Assembly: GCA_001662655.1 (NCBI GenBank)
Contig: KV460268.1
Origin: Pseudogymnoascus verrucosus
Taxonomy: Eukaryota
Reading direction: 5' to 3' (one strand)
Length of the DNA stretch: 51,254 bases
In this document: positions 11,285 through 24,038 of the stretch, piece after piece
How positions within the stretch are numbered: position 1 is the stretch's first letter
How the letters are laid out: the number at the start of each line of letters is the position of its first letter
The notes under the pieces: generated by a model
Told to the model about the DNA's origin: nothing
Databases searched by the model: none
What the model saw: only the letters and a program-made list of their open reading frames with translations
Position numbers and translations under genes: made by a program

Positions 11285-14200
11285 TCATGGCGTACTTGGT
11301 CTAATAGCGTACTTGACCTTCAAATGCCGATCAAACATTTCAAGCACCTCAGCGTACTCCGCGTTGTTCCCAGAATCAGCCTCCTGCATCCTCAACTCTG
11401 CATAATCCCGCGCAGTCATGTTAGTCCCGAACTCTTCTATACTATCATCCGCAGCATTCTTAAGTAGCCATTCCACGGCCTTTGTAGCTGCATGATCAGC
11501 GGCCCAGTGCAAAGGCGTCCTCCCGGCCTTATTTCGTGCGTTTATATCAGAGACTTTGACTAGTAGCTCCAAGCACTCTGGGCTGTTCCAGCTAGCTGCA
11601 GTGTGAATTGGCAAGCTGCCGTTTAAAAACGACAATAAAGGGTCCGCTTTAAGCTCTAGTAAAAGTACTTCTACGATATCTCGTCTGCCGCCCTTGGCCG
11701 CCTTGTGCAATGCTGTCTCACCTCCTTCACACTGCTCATTGACGTCTGCACCGTACTTCTCAAGGAGACGGATCACGTCGACGCTGCCGCAACGGGCGGC
11801 GGTATGGATAGGCGGTTCGTTGTTCTCGCGGAAGTCGCTATACTTTCGTACATCCGCGCCAGCCTTCAGCATCGACTCGACTACTGATGCATCCTGTCCC
11901 GAGCAAGCCTCTGCAAGAATCGTAGCATCCCCTCCCACAATTGTGTGACATGGAGCGTTGGGATCTGCACCTGCATCTAATAGTCGATTTACCACCATCA
12001 GAAACCCCCCTCTCACGGCCCAGAACAACGCTGGCCCTGAATCTAAGCCTTCTTCTAGGGCCTTTACGTCAGCACCAGCGTCTAGCAGTCGGTTCACTAA
12101 GTCTAGGTTGCCGTTCTTAGCAGCCATCGAGAGCGGAGCCATCATCCCTTTCCGGCCGTTTACGTTCCTCCACAGATTGGGGTCTGCACCGTGTCCTAAA
12201 AGGAAGTTGGCCATGGGAATATTTGAGCAAAACACGGCGGCTTGAATTGGGCTGCCAGAGAGGGCCACATCGCTTATATATTCTGTTGATAATCCAGCCA
12301 TCATGTTGACATTCGTTCCGGCAGCGAGAACGATTTTCAATATGTCGATGTGGTCGCCAAGCACTGCTGCTTGCACAGGGCCGCCATAAATGCCAGTGCT
12401 GTCCTCTAGCGAAGCACCATGATCGATGAGAATCTGGACAATATCTTTATATCCTTCGTAGGCCGCAATTTGCAATGCTGGTCCGTCGTCACCACCCGCA
12501 TTCACATTAGCACCGTGGGTAAGGAGCAGCTTTACCATTTCAGGGTTGCATGCCCTCGTGGCCATTGTCAGCGCAACAGAACTCCCTCCCCAGCCTTTGC
12601 CCTCCCCAGCCTTTGCATTGATATCAGCGCCTTTATCAATCAACTGTTTTGCTATCCCAAGGTGTCCATTTGCACAAGCCTGAACTAGGGCAGACTGTGA
12701 CAAATCTTCCGGCCCCCAGGATCTTCTAATTGTGGTCTTTGTTTCCGACTTAGCACCTGTATCAAGCAAGTCTTCAACGAGATCCTTGTAACCAAGAGCG
12801 GCGGCGTAATTTAAAACATCGTCGGGAATGAACTCGACGAATATCTTCAGCATATCACGGTCTGTTGTTGCTCTGCTAGCTACTTCTAACCCACCTCGCG
12901 CAGTCATCCGACTTGCTTTCGGCAACATCAAGGCCACGCAGTCTTTGTAGCCTCGCGATGAAGCCGCTTCGATCGGATTCACATCAAATAACTTAAAGGA
13001 GTATTGGTTAGGACTAGCGCCGCCATTAATTAGCACTCGCACAACTTCAACATAATTCCGTCGAGAAGCTTCAGTTAACGCCGTGACAGGGAACGAATAA
13101 TTTGCATGTGCGCCATGTTCGAGTAATACCTCCACAATTTCAGCATGTCCTGAGGCCGATGCAGCGATGATAGGGACACGATAGAGCCCACCGCCACCAT
13201 TCACATCTGCTCCTGCCTTAAGCAAAGCACGGACGATACCAATATGACCGTTGCATGCTGCTGCCTGGAGGCCGGTTTTGTGAATTTCCCCCACCGCGTT
13301 ACAGTCTGCACCGGCTTTTAGAAGTGCTAAAACGAGGGGCTCAAGGCCCTCCGAACTCGCATAGTATAGCGGGGATGGACACGTCTTGCGCTGGAGATCG
13401 GGCTGTCTCCATGGTTTGCTCGGGTCAAATAACTTACACCAGTTCCTGTATGGTTCAGTCTGTCCATTGTCTCGGAGAAGCTGCAAAACAAGGAGTTCTA
13501 GGCTCGTCTCCTTTGACGCCTCTTGGTAATGATACAGCCATACTTCTGCAGCGTGCCTCGATAGCGGACGATCTTTTTGTAGCTCTTCAGTGAGGGCCTC
13601 CTGTATGCTTAGGATATATGCCAATGAGGTTCTAGCTACGAAAGCGTGCACCTGGGGCTTGTTTACAAACAGAGTCGTATGGCGCATCCGCAAGAAGAAT
13701 TCTTCTGATAGCAGATATTCCCTCACAGTGTAGTGTGCTAAACGGAGTTCAATACCCTTTTCAAGGGTACCATTACGACTCCGTAAGCAAGTTGTAGTTG
13801 TCGCGACAAGTGATGTGCACATTGCCGGAATCTCTATGGTTGGATCTAGAACCCGCAGATCCTCGTCATAGACTGGTCCACCCTCGGCTTCTAAGTCAAC
13901 GGCGAGGACTTCCGCAGCTTCGCCGATCTCGAGAGGCTTTGGAGAGATAGCAAGCCACATTAGAATCTTAACGGCATACTCCCAGTGATCCTCATCAATA
14001 CCGTCGATAGTTAATGCGTAGGTCTCTGAGAGCGATTTCGGTAGCGCTTTGAGTGCTTTTCTTATGTTTTTGATTGTAATGCACTTTCCAAGTATTCCGA
14101 GCTGGCAATGGACCCATCGGAACATACCACCGGCGCCACTGATAAGAGAATCTTGTATTTCCATTCGTAGACTGGCGGGCCATTTGGAGAGCTTAGGGTG

Positions 14201-15463
14201 GGTTTTCAATTGCTCTTGGACGAAACTGTAAATATCACCGCCCACGTCTTCACTTCTAGCTTCAACGGTATATGTAACCTTCGAGTCAAGAACTGCGCCA
14301 ATATCTCCACTACGTCTACTTGCCAGAAATATGCGCAAGCCATCTTCTTGGAAGGATAGGATGTCATTAAGGATTTCAAGTAACTCTCCTTGATCTAGAC
14401 ACTCGTCGAGCCCATCTACCACAAGATAAGTATCATCATACTCTTCCGCAATACCTCGCAAGATCTCAACAAGGTCCTGTGTCGTAGGCTGAGAAATCCC
14501 ATCTCGATAAACCGCCAACTCATCGCCATCGCCACAGTGAGACGTGGTCCTGAAATGTTTTCGAGCGCAACGTGATAGTGCTTTGGGCGGTTTTCCTCGC
14601 CACATCGAAAGTTGCGACACTAGTGAGCGAAGCATGACTTCCGATTTGCAAGTACTCTCATTGCTGAAATCAAAGTAGAAGTATGCTAACGCCACGTCGT
14701 GATTTCGGATATTGTGGGACTTGATGTGCTCTATGACAACTGAGCTGAGGACGCTCTTCCCACACCCCGGTATCCCATGGAGCCAAAAAGATGCCGTGGG
14801 GGCCTTGTGCCATACTCCGTACTCGCTTCCATCAAGGAGCCAAAGCCCACTATCCTTCGCTCGCTTCTTGCAGACGTCGTTGTGCCGGACGGAAGGATCG
14901 GGGGATCCTAGCCACTCCAGCATCACCTGCAGGTGTTCCTGTTCGGATATGTGGAAATTCGAGCGCCGATAGTCAAGTATCCTGTCCTTCAGCTCTCTCG
15001 TGTTCCTTTGGATCTCCACAATGGCCGCCGTAGAATCCGCGACAAGACCAAATTCTATAATGCCCTTCATGCGGTGTATGCTCCCAAGCGCCTCCTTGAC
15101 ATCGCGTTCTCGCAGTGGCCAGAGTAACTGTTCACCTAGCCGCTTCCACTTGGTGACTGGTTTGCGCAGCCGATCCTCGAGTTTCCGAAGGTCGCTTTGG
15201 AATTCAGAGATTGGCCCGTCGTTGACGCTCATATTCTTCAAGGAAGGCAGATTTACCTCGCTCCCGGCATCGTTGTTGTCGTCGACCAAATGGATAAGTT
15301 GCTCAATGACATTACGCAGGGACTGTGTTTCCCGAAAGATCTGCAGGACCTCTTTCTGCGCTCCCTGGAACCCGCGACGATAGTCATAACAGAGGGAGAT
15401 GATACTACCACTGACCTGCGCGATTGCTATTAAACTCGCTGCTACACTTAGGGGGTCCGCCAT
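11285..15463 (-). CDS. Fungal NLR: HeLo-like/SesA-type N-terminal domain + NACHT NTPase + ankyrin repeats
   Basis: MADPLSVAASLIAIAQ N-terminus typical of fungal STAND proteins; Walker A HGIPGCGKS; Walker B YLVVDGLDEC; GMFRWV motif; more than 10 ankyrin repeats; intronless 1392-aa ORF. Confidence 0.92.
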   Translation of the reverse strand: MADPLSVAASLIAIAQVSGSIISLCYDYRRGFQGAQKEVLQIFRETQSLRNVIEQLIHLVDDNNDAGSEVNLPSLKNMSVNDGPISEFQSDLRKLEDRLRKPVTKWKRLGEQLLWPLRERDVKEALGSIHRMKGIIEFGLVADSTAAIVEIQRNTRELKDRILDYRRSNFHISEQEHLQVMLEWLGSPDPSVRHNDVCKKRAKDSGLWLLDGSEYGVWHKAPTASFWLHGIPGCGKSVLSSVVIEHIKSHNIRNHDVALAYFYFDFSNESTCKSEVMLRSLVSQLSMWRGKPPKALSRCARKHFRTTSHCGDGDELAVYRDGISQPTTQDLVEILRGIAEEYDDTYLVVDGLDECLDQGELLEILNDILSFQEDGLRIFLASRRSGDIGAVLDSKVTYTVEARSEDVGGDIYSFVQEQLKTHPKLSKWPASLRMEIQDSLISGAGGMFRWVHCQLGILGKCITIKNIRKALKALPKSLSETYALTIDGIDEDHWEYAVKILMWLAISPKPLEIGEAAEVLAVDLEAEGGPVYDEDLRVLDPTIEIPAMCTSLVATTTTCLRSRNGTLEKGIELRLAHYTVREYLLSEEFFLRMRHTTLFVNKPQVHAFVARTSLAYILSIQEALTEELQKDRPLSRHAAEVWLYHYQEASKETSLELLVLQLLRDNGQTEPYRNWCKLFDPSKPWRQPDLQRKTCPSPLYYASSEGLEPLVLALLKAGADCNAVGEIHKTGLQAAACNGHIGIVRALLKAGADVNGGGGLYRVPIIAASASGHAEIVEVLLEHGAHANYSFPVTALTEASRRNYVEVVRVLINGGASPNQYSFKLFDVNPIEAASSRGYKDCVALMLPKASRMTARGGLEVASRATTDRDMLKIFVEFIPDDVLNYAAALGYKDLVEDLLDTGAKSETKTTIRRSWGPEDLSQSALVQACANGHLGIAKQLIDKGADINAKAGEGKGWGGSSVALTMATRACNPEMVKLLLTHGANVNAGGDDGPALQIAAYEGYKDIVQILIDHGASLEDSTGIYGGPVQAAVLGDHIDILKIVLAAGTNVNMMAGLSTEYISDVALSGSPIQAAVFCSNIPMANFLLGHGADPNLWRNVNGRKGMMAPLSMAAKNGNLDLVNRLLDAGADVKALEEGLDSGPALFWAVRGGFLMVVNRLLDAGADPNAPCHTIVGGDATILAEACSGQDASVVESMLKAGADVRKYSDFRENNEPPIHTAARCGSVDVIRLLEKYGADVNEQCEGGETALHKAAKGGRRDIVEVLLLELKADPLLSFLNGSLPIHTAASWNSPECLELLVKVSDINARNKAGRTPLHWAADHAATKAVEWLLKNAADDSIEEFGTNMTARDYAELRMQEADSGNNAEYAEVLEMFDRHLKVKYAIRPSTP

Positions 15464-15707
15464 GCTTGTTCGTGTGCGGCAAAGATACAGCTCTAGGAAA
15501 AGCGACTTCGAGCTTTGAGCGAGAGAATTGGGGGGTTCAGTTTGTGGTCATGGTGCAAGAATGGATGCGTATGCGGTGGTTGAGGCTGTGCGCTCCTTCG
15601 CAATGCCAAGGTTAGAAGTGCAGCTTAAGTTGGGGTAAGATTTATTAATAGCCACAATCTCTCAAGGGCATCTAGTACCACAGCCCATAACCCACGAACC
15701 CGGAGGA

Positions 15708-15799
15708 TAGGGTGGTAACGATCAAAAAATAAGGGACAAGGGCAGCGAGGCTCACCTACTAGGCTAGAAGTCACCGATTTAACTATTATCCATATGTTT
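15708..15799 (-). mobile_element. Terminal segment of a 5S-targeting element (inverted relative to the copy starting at 24775)
   Basis: AAAATAAGGG..AAGGGCAGCGAGGCTCACCTACTAGGC matches the reverse complement of ~24810-24853 and abuts a half-5S at the same breakpoint. Confidence 0.8.
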
Positions 15800-15862
15800 G
15801 CTTAAGATCACTAGATCAGTAGCTAGGTAGGTAACCACCAGCAAATACCCACTGTTATATGT
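15800..15862 (+). pseudogene. 3' half of a 5S rRNA gene, degenerate
   Basis: 63 nt colinear with the reverse complement of 24712-24774; differences mostly TG>TA; followed by a T-run. Confidence 0.85.
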
Positions 15863-16619
15863 TTTTGCCATTTTATTTTAGCTTGTTTTAGGCTAGAAAT
15901 GTTATAATTATACAAACGTTAAAACGTGGAGAGAGAGAGGGGTATATGAGAGAGATGATATGGGGGTTTGTTCCTGGTGTATGCGTGGCGATTCGCCAGG
16001 GGGATGGAAAGGATAGTTGATCAAAGACCCTTTATTTAACTCCTACTCCTAATCCTATCTACATCCACAACCCGGCCTGCAACGCATACCCATGCCATAC
16101 ACCAACCCCATCCCATCCCATCTCGTGCACAACCCCCCAACCACGCATCAATCCATTCATACACCTCCTAATGCAGCACCACCCCACCACATTCTACACC
16201 CTGCAAAGCCGAAAAAAAAAACACCGACACCGCCAATGTCCTGTATCCCATGTGTGTTCTGTATGCCACATGTATGATATATGCCCCAATGATGCCAGTG
16301 GTGATAGTATACAGTCTACAAGACCCGATCCATCTCTTTCGTCATACCCCCTATCACAAGATAGCACACGGTAGCCGGGGGTAGAGAAGGCCCATACATC
16401 TCCATACCGCTCGCTGTGGAGGAGTGCCTAACCTCAGATGATGGTGATACGCGGGGTCCTAGCACGCGCGCGCCAAAGACGCTGAATATGCGCACAAAGG
16501 GCGGGTACGTGCATATGTGCATGTGTATCCAAAAGCCCTTCTCGTATTGGGACAAGGACGGACGGAGGCAGACGGACGGACAGGACAGGACAGGAAGGGA
16601 CGCAGAACCGCAGAGCAGC

Positions 16620-19070
16620 TTACAGACCATGCTCGGTCATCTTGTGGTACGTCTCGTACGGTGTGCAAGTCCCCAGCGCGCGACGCATGTGCACATTGCA
16701 GATCTGCATTCCGTAGACGTAGCTGGCGTTTACCCATCCGAAGCTGTGTTGTTCGTTAGCTTCATTCTCACTTGACAAAAGAAAAAGAGACGAAAGAATA
16801 AAAAACTCACCCCTCCTTAGCAACCCCCTTAAAATCCAACCCCTGATTCCCATACTCGGCATCCACCCTATGCGGATCCACCGGGCGCGTAACATCATAC
16901 TTCTCCACCACCACACCGTTATAATCCACAAACGCCTTCGTAATCATGTACAACCACTTATACGCCAGTCTCTCGGCAACATCCTGGTGTCCATATCTCT
17001 GCAGTCCCGTCCACGCCAACATCTGCTGCGGCGCCCATCCATACGGATAATCCCACTGCCGATTCGGTCTCTCGAGGCCGATCTCGCCACGACTGTGGCG
17101 GGTACCAGATAATAGTCCTCCAGCGGCCTCGAGGATCGGAATCGCCTGCGCGACCATCTGCTCGCCCTGTTTCGGCGACGCGAGACCAGCCCACATGGCC
17201 CAGAAGGTGGTAGCGGACTCGTAAGTCTGCTGCTGCTGCGACACGGTGTTGTAGTCGAAGAACATACCCTTCTCCTCGTTCCAGAGGTACTTGTTAATCG
17301 CCTTCTTGCGCGCGCGCGACGCGCGGTCCCACAGCGCCGACGTCTCGAGCTGGCCCGCTACCATGTTACCCGTGCAGAACTCGGCGGGGACGGCGAGCTT
17401 GTCATCGAAGTGGACGCGGATGATGCGCGCGATGTCGACTTCGTATTTGTACAACAAGGAGTTTAGATCGATGGTAGCGAGGTCAGCGCACGTGCGCTCG
17501 AGGCGGTAGGACGTGTCGTGCCCGGACTCGCGGACCGCGCGGTCGTGCATGAAGTACTCGTCGAGTTCTGGCTCGAGGATCTCGCGGTTGTTGAAGGCCT
17601 CGACGAATTGGTCAAAGGTAAGGTTGTGCTTCTTCGCGTACGGCTCGAGGATGTGGATGAAGTGCGAGGCTTCGGTTTCCGGGGGGACGCCGAGGCCCTC
17701 GGGACGGTAGCGCGAGAGGCCTGTGATGGGGTCGTGGCGGGGCTCAGCGGTCCAGACGCTGCGGTATTCTTTGATGGCGGCGAGGGTGGCAAGGCGGAGG
17801 AACTCGCGCGAGCCCTTTTCGTGCTGGATCTTGTCGTAGACGCGGGAGGCCATGTCGGTGAGGAAGGGTGGCTGCGAGCGGCACAGGTAGTAGGAGCGGT
17901 TCGCGTTGAGGATCTTGCCGTAGTGCTTGATGCAGAAGCAGAAGTTGATGACCATGGCCTTGGCTAAGTCGACCCGGCCGTTGACAATGAGACCGAGAGA
18001 CTCCATGTAGCTATCCCATCCGTACAGCTCGTTGAAGCGACCTCCAGGCACGACGAAAGGCACACCTCTCAGCGTCATCTTCTGGGTGCTAGGATCGCGG
18101 AACTCCTCCATTGCCAGAGCGAGAAGCCCTGGTTTCGCGTTCATATCGCGGACACTTTCAGGGGTGATCTTCTCCGGCAGCCACTGGACATCCAACCGGA
18201 CTTCCGGTCTGTCCTTGGCCACCTGGGTGTAGTACTCGAACTGCTCAGGTGCGCCTCTCGGGATATAAATCCTGGGTCTCGGGTCATCCGTCCAGTCCTT
18301 GGGGTCCCTGCCAGCAATCTCAATGACGTGTCCATCAATGCGCCTGGTTAACCTATCCCAGAAAGTGTCCTTAATGAGGCGGGTCAGGCGATTCACTGGG
18401 TTCTCATTCAGCCTCGACTCGTCCAGGACGATCATATGACGACCGGCCTCCTTGGCCAGTGACAGTTCCTGGAGGAGATTGGAGAGCATGTATGTGCCGC
18501 GGATATCATGGCGTCGGAAGCCATTGGAAGTGACGGTTCCGAGGGAGATGACCTGAAAATAATGTTAACCTCCGTAGTCGGAGCTGGTATAGAGCGGGTT
18601 GGAGCTACCTTCGGGCCATTGTCCTCGATGGTGATTTGGAAGTTATTGTCGGTGTCTTCCTGCTTCTGCAGGTTCTCGAGTGTGCTGTCGACGTTGATCA
18701 GGAACTTGAGTTGTCCGAGAGTGCTCTCATCTGTAGTTGGTGAGCAGGTAGTCAGGGTGGCGGTATACAGGCAACTTACCATGGCTACCACGGCGAGCTG
18801 GCAGTTCGGACAGCGTGTCCTCGCGGACTCGTGAAGCAGCGTAGTTCTAGATCTCGAATCAGCTACTACCCTCATCACACAGTATATCCCACAAATACGC
18901 ACGGTAGAAAAGGTCGACTGTCTCCGCGGGTTCTGGTGAGCGGTGTTCTTCAGACCGTAGTAGGCGTCGGCAGGGGCGTATTCGCCGATCTCGATTGAAA
19001 CACGCCTGGGCTCGTTTGGTGATCCGTTACCGTTTGACTCGTTTGGTTTATTCCCATCTGTCGTGCTCAT
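16620..19070 (-). CDS. NTH1: Neutral trehalase (GH37)
   Basis: Ca-binding [52 protein letters not shown], last exon FGWVNASY; several GT-AG introns. Confidence 0.95.
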
Positions 19071-21074
19071 CGTGAGGGGGATTGTTGGGGGTGAGGACTG
19101 TGGCGATGCCGGAGGCGTTGGTTTCGTCTTTTTTGATGTTGGTGGTCTCGGGTGTGGAAGACGTCACAGGCAGGACCGGCGAGCGGCAGTGTTCAATTAA
19201 GCAATGGGGGGAAGAAATACAATGCTCTGTTGATGTCGATATGAGGTGGAAAAGAGAGTGGCGTGGAGTAAAAGAGTTTATCTGGGGGATGTAGTCAGAA
19301 GATAAGAGGAGGGAAGAAAGAAAGAAGGGAAGTCTTTCATGGGTAAGCTATGGGGTGGTTATGGGCTGGTGTGATTTTATTTTGGGAGGTGTGACAGTCA
19401 CTGGGTGGGTGGTGGAGGGTGGTTGTGGGAGACAGGAAGCTAAAAAAGCAAGGGTCTATGGTCAAAGTACCTGGAGGGTACTTTGAGTGCAGTACAGATA
19501 AGTAGCAATAGGGACAGTCACTCCGAGGTCACCCAGTCACCCCCATTCTTCACATCGTCTCTCACCGTCATACTGTGGATATTCATACTAATCATACCGC
19601 TATTAGAGCAATGTACCCCCATACTATAAAGTAGCACTAGAGTACATTGGTGTTAAATCCGTTAAATCCCCACTTGGCGGGTCTGAAAGGGAAGGGCTAC
19701 TAGGACAAAGAGGACTTTACTATGCTACTAAGAAAGACCGACTGCGGGCTTGTCAGTGGTAAGTGAGTGAGTGGTATGTGGTATAAGTGGTATAAATGCA
19801 ATAATTTTGTGGCAAGACGGCGGTAAGTCAGTGACCATTTCCAGTGATCATTTTTGCATCTTGGCGGCTGAACAAAGTGGTAACTGTTAGTGGTAGCTAT
19901 TAGTGGTGGATATTAGCCATTGCTGTTGTTAGCTGCTGCTCAGACACTCTCTCAACAGTAAAACTCATTAAACTCGAGTGGCGTTGCTAACGGGTCTCAC
20001 TTTGAGACAAAGAGAGACCGGTCGATGTGGTACAGTGTTTGTTGTAGTATGCAATTCACAGAATATGCTTTGTGTGTATGGAATGTGACTTGCAGCTTAT
20101 CGTGAGATGCATGTTTTGTACATATGGGATTAGTCAGCTGAGCATACTGCGCTTCCTTTGTACAGTACAGATATTATACTATACTAGGGCTCATGCTACT
20201 AACTTGCAGTAAATATAGTTATATCATCTTCTAAGCAGCAACTCAGCCTTAGCATCAGCATTAGCATCAGCCTCAGTTAAATTTACTTTTGTACGTACAG
20301 CACAGTTCAGCACACCATAAAAGAAGCATCCTCCCTACCCCGTCCCTGCCTCCTTCCCCTGTCTCATCCCCGGCCACCTTCCCTGCCTCCCTGCTCCCTG
20401 CCTCCTTACATGTACCCTATCCCGCCTCCACGGATCCCATCCCATCCCATCCCATCCAGTGGTGTGGCGTGGCGTGGGGGTTCCTCTCCAAGAATCACGT
20501 CGCGTGCCCATATGAAATTTCTCAGTGGGAGTGGGGGAAAGGAGTTCATTTGTCCAGCGCTTGACTCAGTAGTAACCTCCCTTTCGAGTAGCAGACGGCA
20601 CTGTGCTGGTGGTAGTAACTTACCAAACACCCGTTTGATAAGCTCAAGAATAAGGAAATATAAGTGAATATACCAATTATCTTCCGAAATTACATCATAT
20701 CAACAAAACAGCCGCTCCTAACCCACCGCGGATCCCCTAATCCATGCTCCGCGCGGCTACATTCTCCATACCCAAACTCCCCATCCATCGGAACTAATCC
20801 GTCCACCCACCCCCGCTATGATGCCAAGACCCCGCATCAGGTACCCTGCCGGATATTGATTGATCCATCCCCCCGCCGCCGCCCTCCAGCCTTCCATCAT
20901 TCCAGTAACTTACCAGCCACAAGTCCAGATCGTCGCCAGGCAAAAAGGCTAATGGGTCTATCGAGACGTCCACTCTCTCACTCTGTCGCCAGCAACTCCG
21001 CCTGCTTCTGCACCCTGTAACCCACTCCCCACTCCTGAAAAGGCCCAGACCACAGTCCATTGATCAACCCCACC

Positions 21075-22460
21075 ATGGCCGTCTTCGTCGAGCTCCCCGA
21101 CGACGACACCGCGCCCCAAGACGCCGCCGATGCGCGTTACGCCGCTGAATGCCAAGCGCGCGCCGCCTTCGAGACGGGCGGACTAAACTCCCTCTCCGTC
21201 GCTGATCAACCCGTCGTCGAGGTCATAAATGCAAACCGCAACTCCATCACCGAAGTCTTCGCATGTTACCCGTTCGCCCCCCTCCCCCCTTCCTCTACCC
21301 AACAACACATCAGACACTAAACAAAGCTAACACCTCCCAGCGCAGCAACAATAATAACCACCCACATCGACCTCAACACCCTCGACAGCCTGGCCCGCAC
21401 CTGCCGTCAGATCCGCGAGAACCTCCTCCAATTCCGGTCCCAGCTCATCAGCCGCACGCTGCGCTGTAGCAACGATGCCGTGGCGCTGGATAAGAACCAT
21501 ACACTGCGCTACCGGGCGAGGGCAACGAACTGGTATTTCGTGGAGGAGGATGGGGTGAATACAGAGGGGAAGGTGGGGGAGTGCGCGAGGGATTTGGTGG
21601 GGGGGTGTAGGAGGTGTGGGGTTGTTGTTTGTAGGGTACGTCTCATTTATTTCCTCTTCTATTTCCCCCACCCCCCCTTCTCCAAAACCAAATCTTCGTC
21701 ACCAAACCAGTTCGTTTCAGAGTATGGAAAATATAACTTACTCCCCGGACAGAACTGCGCAATCAAACCCCCCGCCCCAATCCTCCTCCACCACCGCCAC
21801 CGCCGCCTCTGTCCAACCTGCCTCTCCCTCCCCCTCCCCTCCCTCCTCTCCCCCCCCCTCCCCGTCCCCGTCCCCCTCACCCCCGTCACAACCTCCACCA
21901 TCTCCCGCTCCGTCTGCCAGTGCGCCTCCGCGGGCGTCTGGCTCTGCCAACCCTGCGGCCGTGGTCTCAAAAGCGCAGATAGCACGTATGACTCCATATG
22001 GCGGTGGCGCATGCAGTATTCCCCCACGCTGGCGGAGGGGAGTAGACGGTGTGGGAGGGCGGGGGAGTGTGGGGCCGCGGCGGTGGTGGAGGAGGAGGTG
22101 GATTGCGATGCGATGGATTTGAGGGAGGGTGGGGATGCGGTCGTGGATGCAGCCGGTGGAAGGGAGGGGGGTGTAGTTAGTCCCACGCCGAGTGAGGGGA
22201 GTGCTGGAGGAAGTGGGAGGAGTGTTAGTAGTGGGAGGAGGGGCGCGGGGTACGCGAGGCATGAGATTGAGGGGATTGGGGGCGTGGTGAAGAGGAAGCT
22301 GATTAGGAGGGCGAGGGTGGGGGCGTGTGTTGAGGAGTGGGAGGATGAGAGGGGGGTGGGGAGGTTTATGATTAGGGAGAAGGAGGGGGTGAGGAGTTGG
22401 TGTGGGTGGTGTTGGAGGGTTGTGCCGGGGGATGAGGAGAGGGGGGAGTGGGGGATTTAA
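21075..22460 (+). CDS. F-box-like, Cys-rich conserved fungal protein
   Basis: Spliced product has IDLNTLDSLARTCRQIRENL (F-box-like) and multiple CxxC pairs; two introns near 21272-21340 and 21636-21753. Confidence 0.6.
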
Positions 22461-22934
22461 AGGGGAAGTGGGCTGGGTTGGTACAGTCGTAGATGGCTTG
22501 TACGTTGGTAGCAGGGGGGGTTGTGGGATAGCTTCAGAGTGGCTGGATTGTCGGTAATGAAAACATGAAATAGAAGAGAAATTAGGTATAACTAAAGATA
22601 ATAAACTATTAGAAGATACAACTGCCATATATTCTCAAGCTATTTGACTTTCTAGTAAGATCTTGCAATCTCGTATGTCCCAAGTATAAGTTCCTGAGTT
22701 GGGGTCGCACAGAACCCCTCCCCCGCAATCGCGGCTAATAAATAATCCGGCCCCAACATGGAAGCTTCAAGAAACTAAGCACTGAAGCTCTTAAACCCCC
22801 ACCACCACCACAAACAAACACCTCGATCTTCAGCCTCACCAAAAACCACACCTTTCGAAAAACCTACCAATCCTCAACCCACCTCTCACCTCACCTCAAT
22901 TCACCTCCCAGATACCCCCCACCAAACCGCAACC

Positions 22935-24038
22935 ATGTCCAGCCCCCTCGTCTACTTCGACATCTCCATCGGCTCCAAGCCAATGGGCCGCATAATCTTC
23001 ACCCTCTACAACTCCATCGTCCCCCTCACCGCCGCGAACTTCCGCTCCCTCTGCACCGGCGACAAAGGGATCGGCAAATCCGGCAAACCCCTATCCTACG
23101 CCGGCTCCACCTTCCACCGCGTGATCAAGCAATTCATGATCCAAGGCGGCGACTTCACCGCCGGCAACGGCACGGGCGGCGAGTCCATCTACGGCGAGAA
23201 ATTCGCCGACGAGAACTTCGAGATCAAGCACACCAAGCCCTTCTTGCTGTCCATGGCGAACGCGGGGCCCGGGACGAACGGGAGCCAGTTCTTCATCACC
23301 ACGGTCCCGACGCCGCATCTAGATGATAAACATGTCGTCTTCGGCGAGGTCGTGGCGGGGAAGTCGATCGTGAGACAGATTGAGAATCTGCCTACCCAGG
23401 GCTCGGATAAGCCGGCGCAGGACGTCACGATCACGGCGTGTGGGGAGTTGCCGGCGGATTATGAGGTCGGGGATGCGAAGAAGGCGGATGCGACTGGGGA
23501 TGCGTTTGAGGATTTCCCCGAGGATGCGAAGACGGCGGATAAGGAGTTTGAGGCTGCTGAGATTGTGAAGATCGCTTCTGCGCTCAAGGAATACGGGAAC
23601 ACGGCTTTCAAGTCGGGAAACCTCCAGTTGGGCCTCGATAAATACCAGAAGGGACTGCGCTACCTCAACGAGGACCCAGACCTAGACGCCGCCTCCGCTG
23701 ACGACAAGGCTGCCCTCCGCCAACTCCGATTCACCCTCCACTCCAACTCGGCCTTGCTATCTAACAAACTCTCCCTCTTCCCCGACGCCGCCAAGTCCGC
23801 TACTTTCGCTTTGGAGGTCCCCTCTATCACCGACATCGAGAAGGCCAAGGCGCTGTACCGTCGCGCGCTCGCGAGCGTGGGCATGAAGGATGATGAGGCT
23901 GCGCTGAAGGATCTTGAGGCTGCGAAGGCGCTGGTGCCGGGCGATGCAGCGGTGGTGAAGGAGTTGGGTGCTGTGAAGACGAGGGCGGCGGAGCGGGCGA
24001 GGAAGGAGAAGGCGGCTTATGGGAAGTTCTTTGATTAG
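22935..24038 (+). CDS. CPR6: Peptidyl-prolyl cis-trans isomerase D (cyclophilin-40, TPR tail)
   Basis: [32 protein letters not shown] and [10 protein letters not shown] motifs; C-terminal TPRs (KALYRRA) ending YGKFFD. Confidence 0.95.
   Translation: MSSPLVYFDISIGSKPMGRIIFTLYNSIVPLTAANFRSLCTGDKGIGKSGKPLSYAGSTFHRVIKQFMIQGGDFTAGNGTGGESIYGEKFADENFEIKHTKPFLLSMANAGPGTNGSQFFITTVPTPHLDDKHVVFGEVVAGKSIVRQIENLPTQGSDKPAQDVTITACGELPADYEVGDAKKADATGDAFEDFPEDAKTADKEFEAAEIVKIASALKEYGNTAFKSGNLQLGLDKYQKGLRYLNEDPDLDAASADDKAALRQLRFTLHSNSALLSNKLSLFPDAAKSATFALEVPSITDIEKAKALYRRALASVGMKDDEAALKDLEAAKALVPGDAAVVKELGAVKTRAAERARKEKAAYGKFFD

Noticed and set aside
20430..20480. (ATCCC)n and (GTGGC)n runs in the NTH1/F-box intergenic region
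   Set aside because: Ordinary short microsatellites.
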